64,000 bases of DNA from assembly GCA_046290225.1 (NCBI GenBank), contig JBKAGE010000073.1, forward strand, positions 20,992-84,991, given 5' to 3'. The notes beneath the pieces were generated by a model that ran no database searches, had not been told where the DNA came from, and worked only from the letters and a program-made list of their open reading frames with translations. Shown piece by piece: positions 1-10,130 of the stretch. A program made the translations under genes and the position numbers. This DNA is from Bradymonadia bacterium (GTDB lineage Bacteria > Myxococcota_A > Bradymonadia > UBA7976 > UBA1532). The number at the start of each line of letters is the position of its first letter. The stretch's first letter is position 1.

Positions 1-1352
1 ACAGAATTGATCTGATCTTGTAGATTTTGAATGGCCTCTTCTTGAAGGCCTGCTTGGAACTGATACATGGAGTGCACAATCAGATACCACTCTTGAGACC
101 TCTTGGATAATTTGGGCCCTACCTGCTCGTTTGATGCCAGGTCGAGTAACCTCTTCGCTTCATGGTTGGCCTCGGTGTAGAGCATCAGAAATGCAGAGTC
201 TATAAAAACACTTGCAAGCGCATCTGGGCCATAACACCTGGCCTGGTCTTGCAGCTTTTCGAAGGCAGAAACAGTTGAGTGAGCCAGACTGACTTCTTCT
301 CGAACAGCCGATGTCGTACTACTGCTTCTCAACAGCCCTGTTGTCAGCCAGATTGTGTTGGCAAGGAGTGCTTGTTGAGTACAGAGATCGTGTTTGCCTG
401 ACTCAAGTTCAGTACGAACCATTTCAAGGCCTTCAGTAAAACGACCTGAGTCTCTATAGGCCATTCCGATGGCATTGAGTGCATGTACCCGGAGGTCTGC
501 TCTATTGGTGTACTTCGAAAGAAGCATAGAACGTTCAAGTAAGCTGAGTGAATCCCTCAGCTTGCCCGACTTGTAGGCACTGTATCCACTGATGTACTTC
601 TCAAGGATTGCATGCTTGGCTTCTACTATACTATGAGGTCTCTGGTAGACGGCGGGGATGTCAACTACCCCATCTCTGTCCGCTTGAGTGAACCACTTTG
701 CACGCATATCAGAGAGAGCCAGGGAAACCTCTCCCGCTTTCCAATGTGCATTGGCTGCTTGAAGCAGTGCGTCCAGGCCCTCGACTGCCTGGCCTTTCAA
801 CAACAAAAGCCTCGCACGTAGACTCGCAAGCCGTCTTAGAGTCGCTGGCTCTGCATCTGCAGACAGCTTAGTCTCTGCAATTCTGAGAGCCTCGTCGATC
901 TCACCAGCCTTCTTCGCTGACATCACCTTTTCAACAATGCCAGGGATTGAAGGAGGGGGCAGAAGTGAAATCTTGATGGTCTGCCGGCGTATACCAAGTG
1001 GATGAGAGGCGCTCAACTCAAGGTGTATCGAATCCGCCGCCTGAGGCGGAGCAAACGTTAGCCGTGTGCCCCCAATGGTAGAATCACGTGACGTCTCAAA
1101 TGGAGTCCGAGGAATTGAGAGTGCGTGGGCTTCACCCTCGATCCAGAGCGTCAACCCTGCTTCATTTTGCCGAGCACATTGAAGAACCGCTTCCGAAGAC
1201 TGCACCGGATCGATGATCGTCTCTATACAGCCATCAATCAGCACCAAAGGCTCCAGTGGGCGCAGGGTCACCCGTGGAGCGTTCGGTGGGGGGAGCTGCG
1301 AGCATGCAGAGCAGAGCCAGAGACTCAGTAGATATGGAACGGGATTCCGCAT
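1..1352 (-). CDS. TPR-like lipoprotein, 3' part runs off the window (partial)
   Basis: Manual translation from ATG 1352 is open to base 1: MRNPVPYLLSLWLCSACSQLPP... It has a lipobox-like CSAC and helical TPR-like segments (ALNAIGMAYRDSGRFTEGL). It is absent from the ORF track because there is no stop in the window. GC is visibly lower than in the flanks. Confidence 0.75.
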   Translation of the reverse strand, partial: MRNPVPYLLSLWLCSACSQLPPPNAPRVTLRPLEPLVLIDGCIETIIDPVQSSEAVLQCARQNEAGLTLWIEGEAHALSIPRTPFETSRDSTIGGTRLTFAPPQAADSIHLELSASHPLGIRRQTIKISLLPPPSIPGIVEKVMSAKKAGEIDEALRIAETKLSADAEPATLRRLASLRARLLLLKGQAVEGLDALLQAANAHWKAGEVSLALSDMRAKWFTQADRDGVVDIPAVYQRPHSIVEAKHAILEKYISGYSAYKSGKLRDSLSLLERSMLLSKYTNRADLRVHALNAIGMAYRDSGRFTEGLEMVRTELESGKHDLCTQQALLANTIWLTTGLLRSSSTTSAVREEVSLAHSTVSAFEKLQDQARCYGPDALASVFIDSAFLMLYTEANHEAKRLLDLASNEQVGPKLSKRSQEWYLIVHSMYQFQAGLQEEAIQNLQDQINS

Positions 1353-1515
1353 GCCCCAAGAGCTACCTGCCCCTACAACGGTTGGCAATGCAGCAGTTCA
1401 ATCTCCACAAGATTCGCTCTACATGTAAACCAAAGTGAGCCACCCACAGAGTACGAATCCCAAATCTCCACCACACCCAATCAAACCAACCCCGCGGAGG
1501 GGCGGAGGTCACGGT

Positions 1516-1636
1516 CGTGGCCGACTGCGTCGCGAGGTGTGGTGACTGGGTGGTGATTCACCCGCAGGCGCAGCAGCGCTGCGTCGAGGAGGGAAGCGCC
1601 GGTCAGACGCCGCAGATCGCGACGCAGGCGGCCATG
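1516..1636. repeat. Long imperfect intergenic inverted repeat / hairpin
   Basis: tggccgactgcgtcgcga (1518-1535) pairs with tcgcgacgcaggcggcca (1617-1634) at 17/18 positions. Inner arms tgtggtg/cgccgca and tgactgg/ccggtca also pair. Confidence 0.6.
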
Positions 1637-1637
1637 A

Positions 1638-1684
1638 ACGGGACCGGAGCCCCGGAGCCAGACGGGACCGGAGCCCCGGAGCCC
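1638..1684. repeat. Short direct tandem repeat (acgggaccggagccccggagcc x2)
   Basis: Two adjacent copies lie immediately past the stop codon of the 1687 gene. Confidence 0.7.
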
Positions 1685-1686
1685 GA

Positions 1687-2793
1687 CTAGAACAGCCCCG
1701 TGATCGAGACGGTGTATTGCGTGCGGCGGTGGGTGTCCGACTCGAAGTCGAAGATCGGGTTTGTCACGCTGTCGCCTTGCTGATCGTACAGGGGCATCAG
1801 GGTGCGCATCGCGATGGCGAACTGGAGGTTGTTGAGGAAGCTCTCCTCGTTGGCGCCCTCACCCTGAAGATCGTTCAGGGCCTGGTTTGCACCACCACCG
1901 GGCTGCTTGAAGGCCAGCTGGAGGCTGAAGGACGTGCCGTGGAGCGTCGCGAGCTGAGTACCTTCTTGGATGCCGTCCACCGGCGCCGTGAACTCGTCAC
2001 GTTCTACCGAGTTCGCGTTGAAGAACGACGTGATGTCGTAGCCGCCGCGGAAGAGGAGGCCCTTGGCGATGCGGTAGTTCACCCCGAGGCTGCCGCCCAC
2101 CCCGGACTCGAGGACCGGCGAACCCAAGTCTGCACCCGAAACGGCGCAGTTCTGGGGGGCCACGTCACAGTCGATCTGCAGCGTGGGATCTTCATTGAAG
2201 TTGTAGAAGGCGCTGCCGTTCAGGGTCACCACCCCACCAGGGATCGGGCGGACCAGCTGTAGACCCGGCGACACCGACAGCATCTGACCAGAAGTACGGC
2301 TGAGCTGGCTCGTGGGGATGCTGAAGTCCATGTTGGTGAACACCATCACCCCGATCCCGGGAATCGTGCCCAGGTTGTACTGACCACCCACCAGCAGATC
2401 TCGAGACTGCGTGGTGCGGGAGCGGGTCGAGGGTGCCGGGCTCAGCGGGGGGCGTTCGAAGCCTTCGTGGAGGGCCTTGTCGAACCAGAGAGCGCTGTAG
2501 AGGAAGATCTTCGGTGTCGGCTGGTAGAACAGCACCGCCTGCAGCGTGCCCACCCCAAAGCCCAAGTCGACATTGTCGGACTCGGTGGAGGCGAAGTTGC
2601 TGTGGTTGAAGCGGTAGCTCGTGCGGACAAAGCCCGAAATGGGAAACTCTTCGCTCTCACGGGGGATCGGCTTTGCTGCCTTCACCTCAGCGGAGGCGCC
2701 GTCGGCGCTCTGAGCATCGTCTTGAGCCAGGGCAGAGCCGGAGAGGGCCAGGCAGAGGCAGGCGGCCGTCGGGGCAATCAATGAACGGGACAA
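1687..2793 (-). CDS. Exported protein, probable outer-membrane beta-barrel
   Basis: TTG start at 2793 follows GAGGAG. Signal peptide ends ...SGSALA/QDD. The protein has alternating beta-strand patterns and a C-terminal Phe (TVSITGLF). Confidence 0.6.
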   Translation of the reverse strand: MSRSLIAPTAACLCLALSGSALAQDDAQSADGASAEVKAAKPIPRESEEFPISGFVRTSYRFNHSNFASTESDNVDLGFGVGTLQAVLFYQPTPKIFLYSALWFDKALHEGFERPPLSPAPSTRSRTTQSRDLLVGGQYNLGTIPGIGVMVFTNMDFSIPTSQLSRTSGQMLSVSPGLQLVRPIPGGVVTLNGSAFYNFNEDPTLQIDCDVAPQNCAVSGADLGSPVLESGVGGSLGVNYRIAKGLLFRGGYDITSFFNANSVERDEFTAPVDGIQEGTQLATLHGTSFSLQLAFKQPGGGANQALNDLQGEGANEESFLNNLQFAIAMRTLMPLYDQQGDSVTNPIFDFESDTHRRTQYTVSITGLF

Positions 2794-3137
2794 GGTGCGG
2801 TCTCCTCGGTGGAGCACCTGATCTGTGATCACCGTGGCTTCGAAGTGGCCGCCGGCGGCGCAGAGCAGCGTGCATACACGGGTGTGCATTCCCTTACGGT
2901 GCGGGACGCTCACTGTTTCACTGCCAGTGCGGTATGCATCGTATGTGCCAGCGATGAGACGCCGGAACTACACCTGCAGAGGGTCAGTGCGAAGAGCAGA
3001 AGGTATTGATTTCATGGGTGAGATCAAGACCTTTCTCTACACATTTGGGGCGTTCGATTCGAAAACGATTCCGTCAGCGCTTTCGCCGATGTCGCGTTCA
3101 CATTGTGGACTGTGGCCGTCGAGGCCACGAGGGCAAG

Positions 3138-4529
3138 TTACAGCGCGAAGGGCAGCGTCACCGTGACTGGATCACCACGGAACTTGTCGAAGCGGAACGA
3201 CTTCACCGACTTCTCGACACAATCACCCACGGGGGTGCCCTTCACCGGGCCGTCGAGCAGGCTGGCAGAGGAGATCTTGCCGGAGCGGCCGATGACCACC
3301 TTCACCTTGGCCACGCCCGAAACCCCTGGCGCCCGGCTCTTGCACTGCCTGATCTTGGGGGCCTCTTTGCGCACCACGCCGAGGATCTGAGCCCGTGAGA
3401 GCTTCTCGGGCAACAGCGGATCATTGGCGAGGGCGTCGTCTTCCGAGGATTTCTTCGACCGGGCAGGGGATCGCCGATTGCCCTCCAGGTTGCCGAGGAT
3501 GTCGTCGACCTCGGTGTCATTCGACTTGGGCTTCGCTGCGGCAACAGGTGTACGGGCAGGCTCCCCGGCGGGTGCTGGCGCTGGCGCTGCTGCCTTGGGA
3601 GCAGCTGTGGGGGCTGCGGGCCTGGACCGGCGTCTTGCTCGGCGGGCGGGCTTGGCGGCCATGGCCACCTGCACTGCAGCATCAGGGGCTGCTGCGTCAG
3701 GGGTCGCAGCGTCTGGCGGCGGAGCGCCCGCATCGGCAGGGGCTGGCTTCGCCGCCGCAGCTGCAGGCTTGGGCTGCTCAACGGGTAGGGGCGATGCGGG
3801 CGTGTTTGCCTGCGAGGCCACAGGGCCATTGGAGTTGCTGGCCACTTGCGTACCACCGTTGTCGTTCTTCTGACTCTGCAGCCAGAAGTACACACCCGCA
3901 CCACCGGCGCCGAGCAGGAGCACTGCTGCGATGATCATCATCATCGGGCTGCTCTTGCGGGCCGGCTCCGGCAGCGCTGACACCAGGGTTGGACCAGGGG
4001 CCAGCTGAGCAGCATGCAGGGTGTTCAGGTTCACCAGGCCAGAGGGCTCGTTGAGCGACTGGTCTGGCGCCTTCGAATCCGCCTCGGTCATGGCGTCGAG
4101 CTCATCAAGGCTGAAGAGCGTGGACTGCTCTCGACGCTGGCCTGTGAGGGCGGCCTCGGAGCCCGCTGTGGCAGCAGCGCCAGCCGCTGCAGGCTGAGGC
4201 TCGGGATTCACCGGCGCCGGCGTGCCCTGAGGCCTGACCACCGGCATGTCCTGGCTGATGCGGATGTCGCCGCTTGCCCGGGCCTCGGCGAGATCGAGGC
4301 CGCGATCGGGGTCGGCGACGAGAGCCTGGGAGACCATGCGGCCTTCGTCTGCGTCGGTGAGGCCCATGGCGTGAAGCGCGAAAAGATCAGCGTCGACCCC
4401 TTCCACCGGAGCACCCGGATCAGCGGTGAGGCTCAATTCGTCTTCTGCAGGCGTGTCGAGGCCGACAGCAGCGAGTGCTTCGGCAACGCGGGCTTTCGGA
4501 TCACTCATCGGTCGATCTCCACCACTCAT
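3138..4529 (-). CDS. Single-pass membrane protein: anti-sigma-like N-terminus, Pro/Ala linker, AgmX/PglI-C (TonB-C-like) domain
   Basis: TM segment MMMIIAAVLLLGAGGAGVYFWL. C-terminus LSRAQILGVVRK...IRQC...VKVVIGRSGKISSA...VGDCVEKSVKSFRF...VTLPF is typical of myxobacterial TonB-C/AgmX domains. Confidence 0.65.
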   Translation of the reverse strand: MSGGDRPMSDPKARVAEALAAVGLDTPAEDELSLTADPGAPVEGVDADLFALHAMGLTDADEGRMVSQALVADPDRGLDLAEARASGDIRISQDMPVVRPQGTPAPVNPEPQPAAAGAAATAGSEAALTGQRREQSTLFSLDELDAMTEADSKAPDQSLNEPSGLVNLNTLHAAQLAPGPTLVSALPEPARKSSPMMMIIAAVLLLGAGGAGVYFWLQSQKNDNGGTQVASNSNGPVASQANTPASPLPVEQPKPAAAAAKPAPADAGAPPPDAATPDAAAPDAAVQVAMAAKPARRARRRSRPAAPTAAPKAAAPAPAPAGEPARTPVAAAKPKSNDTEVDDILGNLEGNRRSPARSKKSSEDDALANDPLLPEKLSRAQILGVVRKEAPKIRQCKSRAPGVSGVAKVKVVIGRSGKISSASLLDGPVKGTPVGDCVEKSVKSFRFDKFRGDPVTVTLPFAL

Positions 4530-5308
4530 TCTCCAGCGCCGTTCATCCAGGCGCGGACGCGGGCGAGGCGGCGGTACACCGCCTGTCGGGTCATGCCCGT
4601 GGCCCGGGCTGCGTCGGCCACCGTGTCACCGAGGAGCAGGCGCTCCATCACGTGCCGGGTGGCCGTGTCTTGAGCGAAATTGGTCAGGGCGCCATCGACG
4701 GCGAGTCCAGCGACGAGGCGGGCCTCGGAGGCCGCGTCGGAGGCCGGGACCGCCCGGTGAGCAGAGGCCACCTCGGGGGCCTTGCTCTGACGGGCGCGCT
4801 GCAGATCGCGGGCGCGCCAGCGCAGGCGCGCCAGCAGCAGCGACTGCAGGTTGGGCCTGATCTCCGGCTTGAGGCGGGTCGAGGCCCGCTCGAGCAGGTT
4901 GGGCAGGGCATCGGGGTGCGACACCAGCTCTGCCGTCGCGTCCCAGAGGTGCTCCCTCCAGATGTCGCCGTTGGGGCCGGACTCGAGGCCCGTGATCGAC
5001 AACAGCCAACGCGCCACACCGGAGCGGACCGTCTGCCCACGCTCGTCGTGACGCAGCTCTGCCGCGAGGGCTTCGAGGGCACGGCGGTAAATACCGACGC
5101 GCACCGGTGTGTCCAGGTGGCCGGCGGTCTCGAGGTGCAGCACCTCTTCCAGGACCGCAGGGGTCGAGGACTGGCTTTGGAGTGCGGTGGTCAGAGGGTG
5201 CTCTCTTGGATCAGTGCCTGACATCATTCGCCCACTGCTACGGGCCCGGGCCCGTGAGGTGTCCGGGGTGGATCGATCTAAAGCGTTCGCGGTTGAGCTG
5301 TTGCTCAA
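4526..5308 (-). CDS. Divergent ECF sigma-like / HTH protein
   Basis: C-terminal sigma region-4-like HTH (GDTVADAARATGMTRQAVYRRLARVR). ATGA overlap with the downstream membrane protein. The start is uncertain (5308 or about 5227). Confidence 0.5.
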   Translation of the reverse strand: MSNSSTANALDRSTPDTSRARARSSGRMMSGTDPREHPLTTALQSQSSTPAVLEEVLHLETAGHLDTPVRVGIYRRALEALAAELRHDERGQTVRSGVARWLLSITGLESGPNGDIWREHLWDATAELVSHPDALPNLLERASTRLKPEIRPNLQSLLLARLRWRARDLQRARQSKAPEVASAHRAVPASDAASEARLVAGLAVDGALTNFAQDTATRHVMERLLLGDTVADAARATGMTRQAVYRRLARVRAWMNGAGE

Positions 5309-5511
5309 GGCTGCCAGTCCGCTCGGCAGTTGGGAATCTCATACACGCTCACCGCCACAAGCTCCACCCCTGTACCCTCTAGACACACACCGGTGACAGG
5401 GTCTGTCTGCATGAAGCGGTGGGGCCCTTGACCTCAGCTGGACCCCGCTGTCATCTTCCCCAGCTTCATCCGCTGGCCGTCTCGGCCGGTTTCGCGTCTT
5501 CGGAGGTGCCC

Positions 5512-6246
5512 ATGAGCAACGCCACTGAACAACGTCCCACCGCCGTCGTGTTGTGCAGCGGGGGACTCGACTCCACCACATGTATGGCCATCGCCGCTGA
5601 TCGAGGCCACCGGATCGTGGCGTTGTCCTTCGATTATGGTCAGCGTCACCGCTCGGAGCTCGAAGCCGCGAAGCGGGTGGCCACGCACTACGGCGCCGAA
5701 CGCCACTATGTGATGCAGCTCGATTTGTTCACGGCCATCGGGGGATCTGCCCTCACCGACACGGCCCTCGACGTGCCCAAGCACGACGACGTGAGCGAGG
5801 TGAGCCCCGAGATCCCCGTGACCTACGTGCCTGCTCGGAACCTCGTGTTCCTGTCGTATGCCGTGGGCGTGGCGGAGATGGAGCAGGCCGAGCACATCTA
5901 CATCGGGGTGAACGCCATCGACTACTCGGGCTATCCCGATTGCAGGCCCGAGTTCATCGAGGCCTTTCAGGGGGCCGCTCGACTCGCCACCAAAGCCGGG
6001 GTGGAGTCTGCGAGCCCCCGCCACGGGCTCACGCTCCACACGCCCCTCATCAGCTTGACCAAGGCCGGCATCATTCAGCTGGGCCACAGCCTCAGCGCCC
6101 CCCTCGAGCTGACCCACAGCTGCTATGATCCCGTCGACACTGACGAGGGCACCTTCGCCTGTGGTCGGTGCGACGCATGCTTGTTGCGGCTCAAGGGCTT
6201 TGAAGAGGCTGGGATGCGTGATCCCGTGGCCTACCGGGAAGGTTGA
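5512..6246 (+). CDS. queC: 7-cyano-7-deazaguanine synthase
   Basis: [33 protein letters not shown] and CxxCxxC motifs. GGAGG SD precedes ATG 5512. Confidence 0.97.
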   Translation: MSNATEQRPTAVVLCSGGLDSTTCMAIAADRGHRIVALSFDYGQRHRSELEAAKRVATHYGAERHYVMQLDLFTAIGGSALTDTALDVPKHDDVSEVSPEIPVTYVPARNLVFLSYAVGVAEMEQAEHIYIGVNAIDYSGYPDCRPEFIEAFQGAARLATKAGVESASPRHGLTLHTPLISLTKAGIIQLGHSLSAPLELTHSCYDPVDTDEGTFACGRCDACLLRLKGFEEAGMRDPVAYREG

Positions 6247-6911
6247 GCGTGTCCACCATCAACCCCAGACGCTATGCCATCAAAGAGGCCTTCTTCACTC
6301 TGCAAGGCGAGGGGGGACAGGTAGGCCGGGCTGCGGTCTTCTGCCGGTTCACAGGGTGCAACCTCTGGTCGGGGCGGACACAGGATAGAGCCACAGCGCC
6401 CTGCAACTTCTGCGACACGGACTTTGTGGGCACCGACGGGCCTGGCGGAGGTCGGTTCGACGCCCACGCCCTCGCCGAGCACCTGTGGTCGATCTGGCAG
6501 AGCGAGGCTGGTCCTGGAGGTACGCCCTACATCGTCTTCACAGGGGGAGAGCCCACCCTTCAGCTCGATGAGGCGTTGATCGATTGCTGCAAGGCACGAG
6601 GCTTCGAACTCGCCATCGAGACCAATGGCACCCGCGAGGTGCCTGAGGGCATCGACTGGGTGTGTGTCAGCCCCAAGCCCGGCCCGGCGTTGGTCCAGCT
6701 GCAGGGTCAGGCCCTCAAGCTCGTCTACCCCCAACCAGAAGCGGCTCTTCAGCCCGAGATGTTCGTCGACCTCGAGTTCGAACACTTCTTCTTGCAGCCC
6801 ATGGATGGCCCCCAGCAGGCGGAGAACATCCAGGCCGCCACCCGATATTGCTTGAAGCACCCGCAGTGGAGGCTGTCGCTGCAGACCCACAAAATCATCG
6901 GTCTGCCGTGA
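6243..6911 (+). CDS. queE: 7-carboxy-7-deazaguanine synthase (radical SAM)
   Basis: [18 protein letters not shown]...CNFCDTDF (CX14CX2C type), TGGEP, ETNGT, LSLQTHK. Confidence 0.96.
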   Translation: MSVSTINPRRYAIKEAFFTLQGEGGQVGRAAVFCRFTGCNLWSGRTQDRATAPCNFCDTDFVGTDGPGGGRFDAHALAEHLWSIWQSEAGPGGTPYIVFTGGEPTLQLDEALIDCCKARGFELAIETNGTREVPEGIDWVCVSPKPGPALVQLQGQALKLVYPQPEAALQPEMFVDLEFEHFFLQPMDGPQQAENIQAATRYCLKHPQWRLSLQTHKIIGLP

Positions 6912-6915
6912 GTGC

Positions 6916-7689
6916 TCACCCCTGGCGGTGGATCGGGAAGGGCCCGAAGGCCTGATCAGTAGACATCACCTCGATGCGGTTGATGTTCACGTGCTCTGGC
7001 AAGCATGTGGCCCAGAAAACCGACTCTGCGATGTCCTCCGCCGTGAGTGGCCGCGTGTTGGCGTAGGGCGCCTCCGCTTTTGCATCGTCACCTTTGAAGC
7101 GCACCCGCGAGAACTCGGTCTCTGCGAGGCCGGGCTCGATGTCGGTCACCCGGACCCCCGTGCCGTGGAGATCGGCCCGCAGGTTGAGGGAGAACTGAGT
7201 GACGAAGGCCTTTGTCGCGCCGTACACGTTGGCGCCGGGGTAGGGCCAGTTCGCCGCCACCGAGCTCATGTTGATCACGTGACCGCGTCGGCGCGCCACC
7301 ATGGCCGGCAGCAACGCCCGTGTGCAATAGAGCAGTCCGTTGATGTTGGTGGACACCATCGTCTCCCAATCGGCCATGTCCACGTCCCAGGCGGGCTCGA
7401 GGCCCAGGGCGAGCCCTGCGTTGTTCACGAGTACCGACACATCGGCGAAGTCCTGGGGTAGGGCCGCCGCTACGGCATCGACCGCGTCGCGATCCGTGAC
7501 GTCGAGGGTGTGGGCCCAGCAGCGCTCGCCGAGCTCTGCTTGCAAGGCCTCGAGACGATCAGCGCGCCGGCCGGTGATGATCACCCGAGCCCCAGCGTGG
7601 GCGAAGCGGCGAGCGGTGGCTTCACCGAAACCTGCCGTGGCGCCGGTGACGAAGACCACGTGTTTTGAGGCGTCGAGAGAAGGGTACAT
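6916..7689 (-). CDS. SDR oxidoreductase, YdfG-like NADP-dependent 3-hydroxy acid dehydrogenase
   Basis: TGATAGFG, NNAGLALG, YGATK, LPEHVNINRIEVM. Confidence 0.9.
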   Translation of the reverse strand: MYPSLDASKHVVFVTGATAGFGEATARRFAHAGARVIITGRRADRLEALQAELGERCWAHTLDVTDRDAVDAVAAALPQDFADVSVLVNNAGLALGLEPAWDVDMADWETMVSTNINGLLYCTRALLPAMVARRRGHVINMSSVAANWPYPGANVYGATKAFVTQFSLNLRADLHGTGVRVTDIEPGLAETEFSRVRFKGDDAKAEAPYANTRPLTAEDIAESVFWATCLPEHVNINRIEVMSTDQAFGPFPIHRQG

Positions 7690-7768
7690 GTGTGCTCCTT
7701 AAGCGTGTGACAACAAGGAGGTGGTAACAGAACGACAGCCCGAGGCACAGGTCGTGATATAGGGGGGC

Positions 7769-8626
7769 ATGAGTGACTCCATGACCCTGCCATTGCCCTT
7801 ACCGCCTGCGGGACGCCCTGCTGGAGGCCCCGCCGCCCGACGCACCGGCCCGCTGTTGAAGATGCGCGCCGAGCTCGACGACACTGTTCGTTATTTGATG
7901 CGGTTCGACGACCCGTTGCCGATCCACGAGCACGTGGGCCAGTGGGTGGAGTTGACCTTCAGCGGCAAGATCGAGTGCACCTCCTGCGGCCGAAGCATCA
8001 AGAAGACCTATGGTGAAGGGGCGTGCTACCCCTGCTTCCAGAAAGAATCGCAGTTCTCGCCATGCATCATCCGCCCTGAGCTGTGCCGGGGTCATCTCGG
8101 TGAGGGTCGCGATCCCGACTGGGAGGCAGCGCACCACGTACAGCCTCACGTGGTGTATCTCGCCTGGACCGGGGCGCTCAAAGTCGGCGTCACTCGCGCG
8201 ACCAACGTGCCCACGCGTTGGCTCGACCAGGGCGCCGGGGCCGCCATCAAGCTCGCCGAGGTGCCCTATCGGCAGCTCGCTGGGGAGATCGAGGTGGCCC
8301 TGAAAGCTCACCTCTCCGATCGCACGCAGTGGAAGCGCATGCTCGCCGCCGGAGCGCCCGACGTGGAGCTCGTCGCCGAGAAGCGCAAGTACGCAGCCCT
8401 CGTCCCTGATCATCTGCAGCAGTGGATCACCGACGACGACGAGATCACCCGACCCAATTACCCCTTGCCCAAGCCACCGCTCAAGCCTACGCGGATCAGC
8501 TTGGACAAGACCGCGAAGGTGGAGGGCATCCTCACAGGGATTCGTGGCCAATATCTCGTTTTCGAAGGTGAGCGGGCGATCAATGTACGACGCCATGCTG
8601 GCTATATTGTGACTTGTTCTGTTTGA
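7769..8626 (+). CDS. DUF2797-family protein
   Basis: CxxCG...CYPCF, CIIRPELC, HVVYLA...KVGVTR...RWLDQGA and GIRGQYL motifs. Confidence 0.85.
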   Translation: MSDSMTLPLPLPPAGRPAGGPAARRTGPLLKMRAELDDTVRYLMRFDDPLPIHEHVGQWVELTFSGKIECTSCGRSIKKTYGEGACYPCFQKESQFSPCIIRPELCRGHLGEGRDPDWEAAHHVQPHVVYLAWTGALKVGVTRATNVPTRWLDQGAGAAIKLAEVPYRQLAGEIEVALKAHLSDRTQWKRMLAAGAPDVELVAEKRKYAALVPDHLQQWITDDDEITRPNYPLPKPPLKPTRISLDKTAKVEGILTGIRGQYLVFEGERAINVRRHAGYIVTCSV

Positions 8627-8801
8627 ACTGAATGTTCTGCCGTTTTTGTTTTGAATTGTTCGGAATTGCCCCGCTATGAGTCAGGCCAAGGGGTAAGGTG
8701 CTGATTCGATTCAATCTGTGAACTCTTGCTTCCGATGACTGTGACACACCGTCAAATAGAGTGGCGCCTTTGCGGGCGTATCGGGAGAAGAGAGGGCACA
8801 T

Positions 8802-10130
8802 ATGGGTCAAATGACGAGGCACACACTTCGCCGCCTGATCGTTTTGATCACCTCATGCATCATGATCTCCGGCCATGCGAGCGCTGACGAGGTCGAGAAA
8901 GAGTGGGGTTACAAGCCAGCAAAGCTGAAGCTGAGCGAGGATGGAAAGCAGTTCCTGCGGTTCCTCACGTGGCACCAGGTATGGACGCGTTATCAGGAGT
9001 TCAACCCTGGCACTACGGTGCAAGGCAAAGAGAAGGATGACTTCCTCGACATCGGGCTGCGACGAAGCCGCTTCCTGGCATTTGGTGACGTGGCGCCAGG
9101 GTCGACGATTCTGATGCATTTCGGCATCAACAACCAGACCTTCAACAATCAGCGCAAGCCTCAGCTGTACATCCACGACGCATGGGTGGACTACCGCGTC
9201 GTGCCGGAGCATTTGCACATCGGTTTCGGACTGCACTACTGGCACGGCATCAGCCGCATGACCAACGCCAGCACCCTCAACCTGCTCACCGTCGACGCCC
9301 CGATCCTGAACTGGCCCACCATCGAGCGTTCTGATCAGTTTGCTCGTTATCTGGGGGTCTTCTTCAAGGGCAAGCTCGACAAGTTCGAGTATCGACTTGC
9401 TGTCAGCAAGCCGTTCTCGGTGAACACCGACGTGAGCACGCTCCAGCCCGACACAGCGAACTACAACCCGCGGTCCACCGGAGAGCAGGTGGCGGGGTAT
9501 TTCGAGTACCAGTTCTTCGACAAGGAATCGAACAAGCTGCCTTACAAAGTGGGCACTTACCTGGGCAAGAAGAAGGTCTTCAACATTGGCTCAGGGTTCC
9601 TCTACCACCCCAAGGGTATGGTCTCGGTGGACACTGGAGGCGAGCTCGAAGAGCACGACATTCTCGCTGTGGGAGCCGACATGTTCGCCGATATCCCGAT
9701 GAGCAACGGCTCGGCCTTCACGGGCTACCTTGTGTACTACCACTACGATTTTGGCCCCAACCATCTGCGCAACGTGGGCATCATGAACGTTGGTGCTGGT
9801 GGCACCTCGTTCAACGGTGCAGGCAACGCGTATCCCACCATCGGTACCGGTGACCACGTCTACGCCCAGGCAGGCTATCTGTTGCCTGTCACCTTCAACG
9901 ACGGCATTCAGGTTCAGCCTTTCGTCGCCACCCAGTACTCCATGTTCGAGGCGCTCGATGACCCCGCCATGGTCATCGATGCTGGCATCAACTGGTTCTT
10001 CCGCGGCCACTTCTCCAAGCTGACCGTCAACTACCGCAGCCGGCCCATCTTCCAGGTCGAGGACAATGGTGAGATCAAGGCCGACAGCCGCGCCTCTGAG
10101 CTCATCATGCAGACTCAGGTCTGGTTCTGA
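8802..10130 (+). CDS. Porin-like outer-membrane protein
   Basis: Signal peptide, aromatic-rich beta strands, DIGLRRSR, C-terminal QTQVWF. Confidence 0.7.
   Translation: MGQMTRHTLRRLIVLITSCIMISGHASADEVEKEWGYKPAKLKLSEDGKQFLRFLTWHQVWTRYQEFNPGTTVQGKEKDDFLDIGLRRSRFLAFGDVAPGSTILMHFGINNQTFNNQRKPQLYIHDAWVDYRVVPEHLHIGFGLHYWHGISRMTNASTLNLLTVDAPILNWPTIERSDQFARYLGVFFKGKLDKFEYRLAVSKPFSVNTDVSTLQPDTANYNPRSTGEQVAGYFEYQFFDKESNKLPYKVGTYLGKKKVFNIGSGFLYHPKGMVSVDTGGELEEHDILAVGADMFADIPMSNGSAFTGYLVYYHYDFGPNHLRNVGIMNVGAGGTSFNGAGNAYPTIGTGDHVYAQAGYLLPVTFNDGIQVQPFVATQYSMFEALDDPAMVIDAGINWFFRGHFSKLTVNYRSRPIFQVEDNGEIKADSRASELIMQTQVWF

Noticed and set aside
344..1438. Short ORFs listed in the track at 344-1438
   Set aside because: They overlap the long minus-strand frame 1-1352, which is the better gene call.
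5310..5511. preQ1 riboswitch upstream of queC
   Set aside because: No recognisable preQ1 stem-loop with an A-rich tail is present.
5512..6911. queC-queE as part of a 7-deazaguanine DNA-modification (dpd) or QatABCD defence island
   Set aside because: Both look like canonical queuosine-pathway enzymes, and no dpdA/tgt-like, ATPase or TatD partner is nearby.
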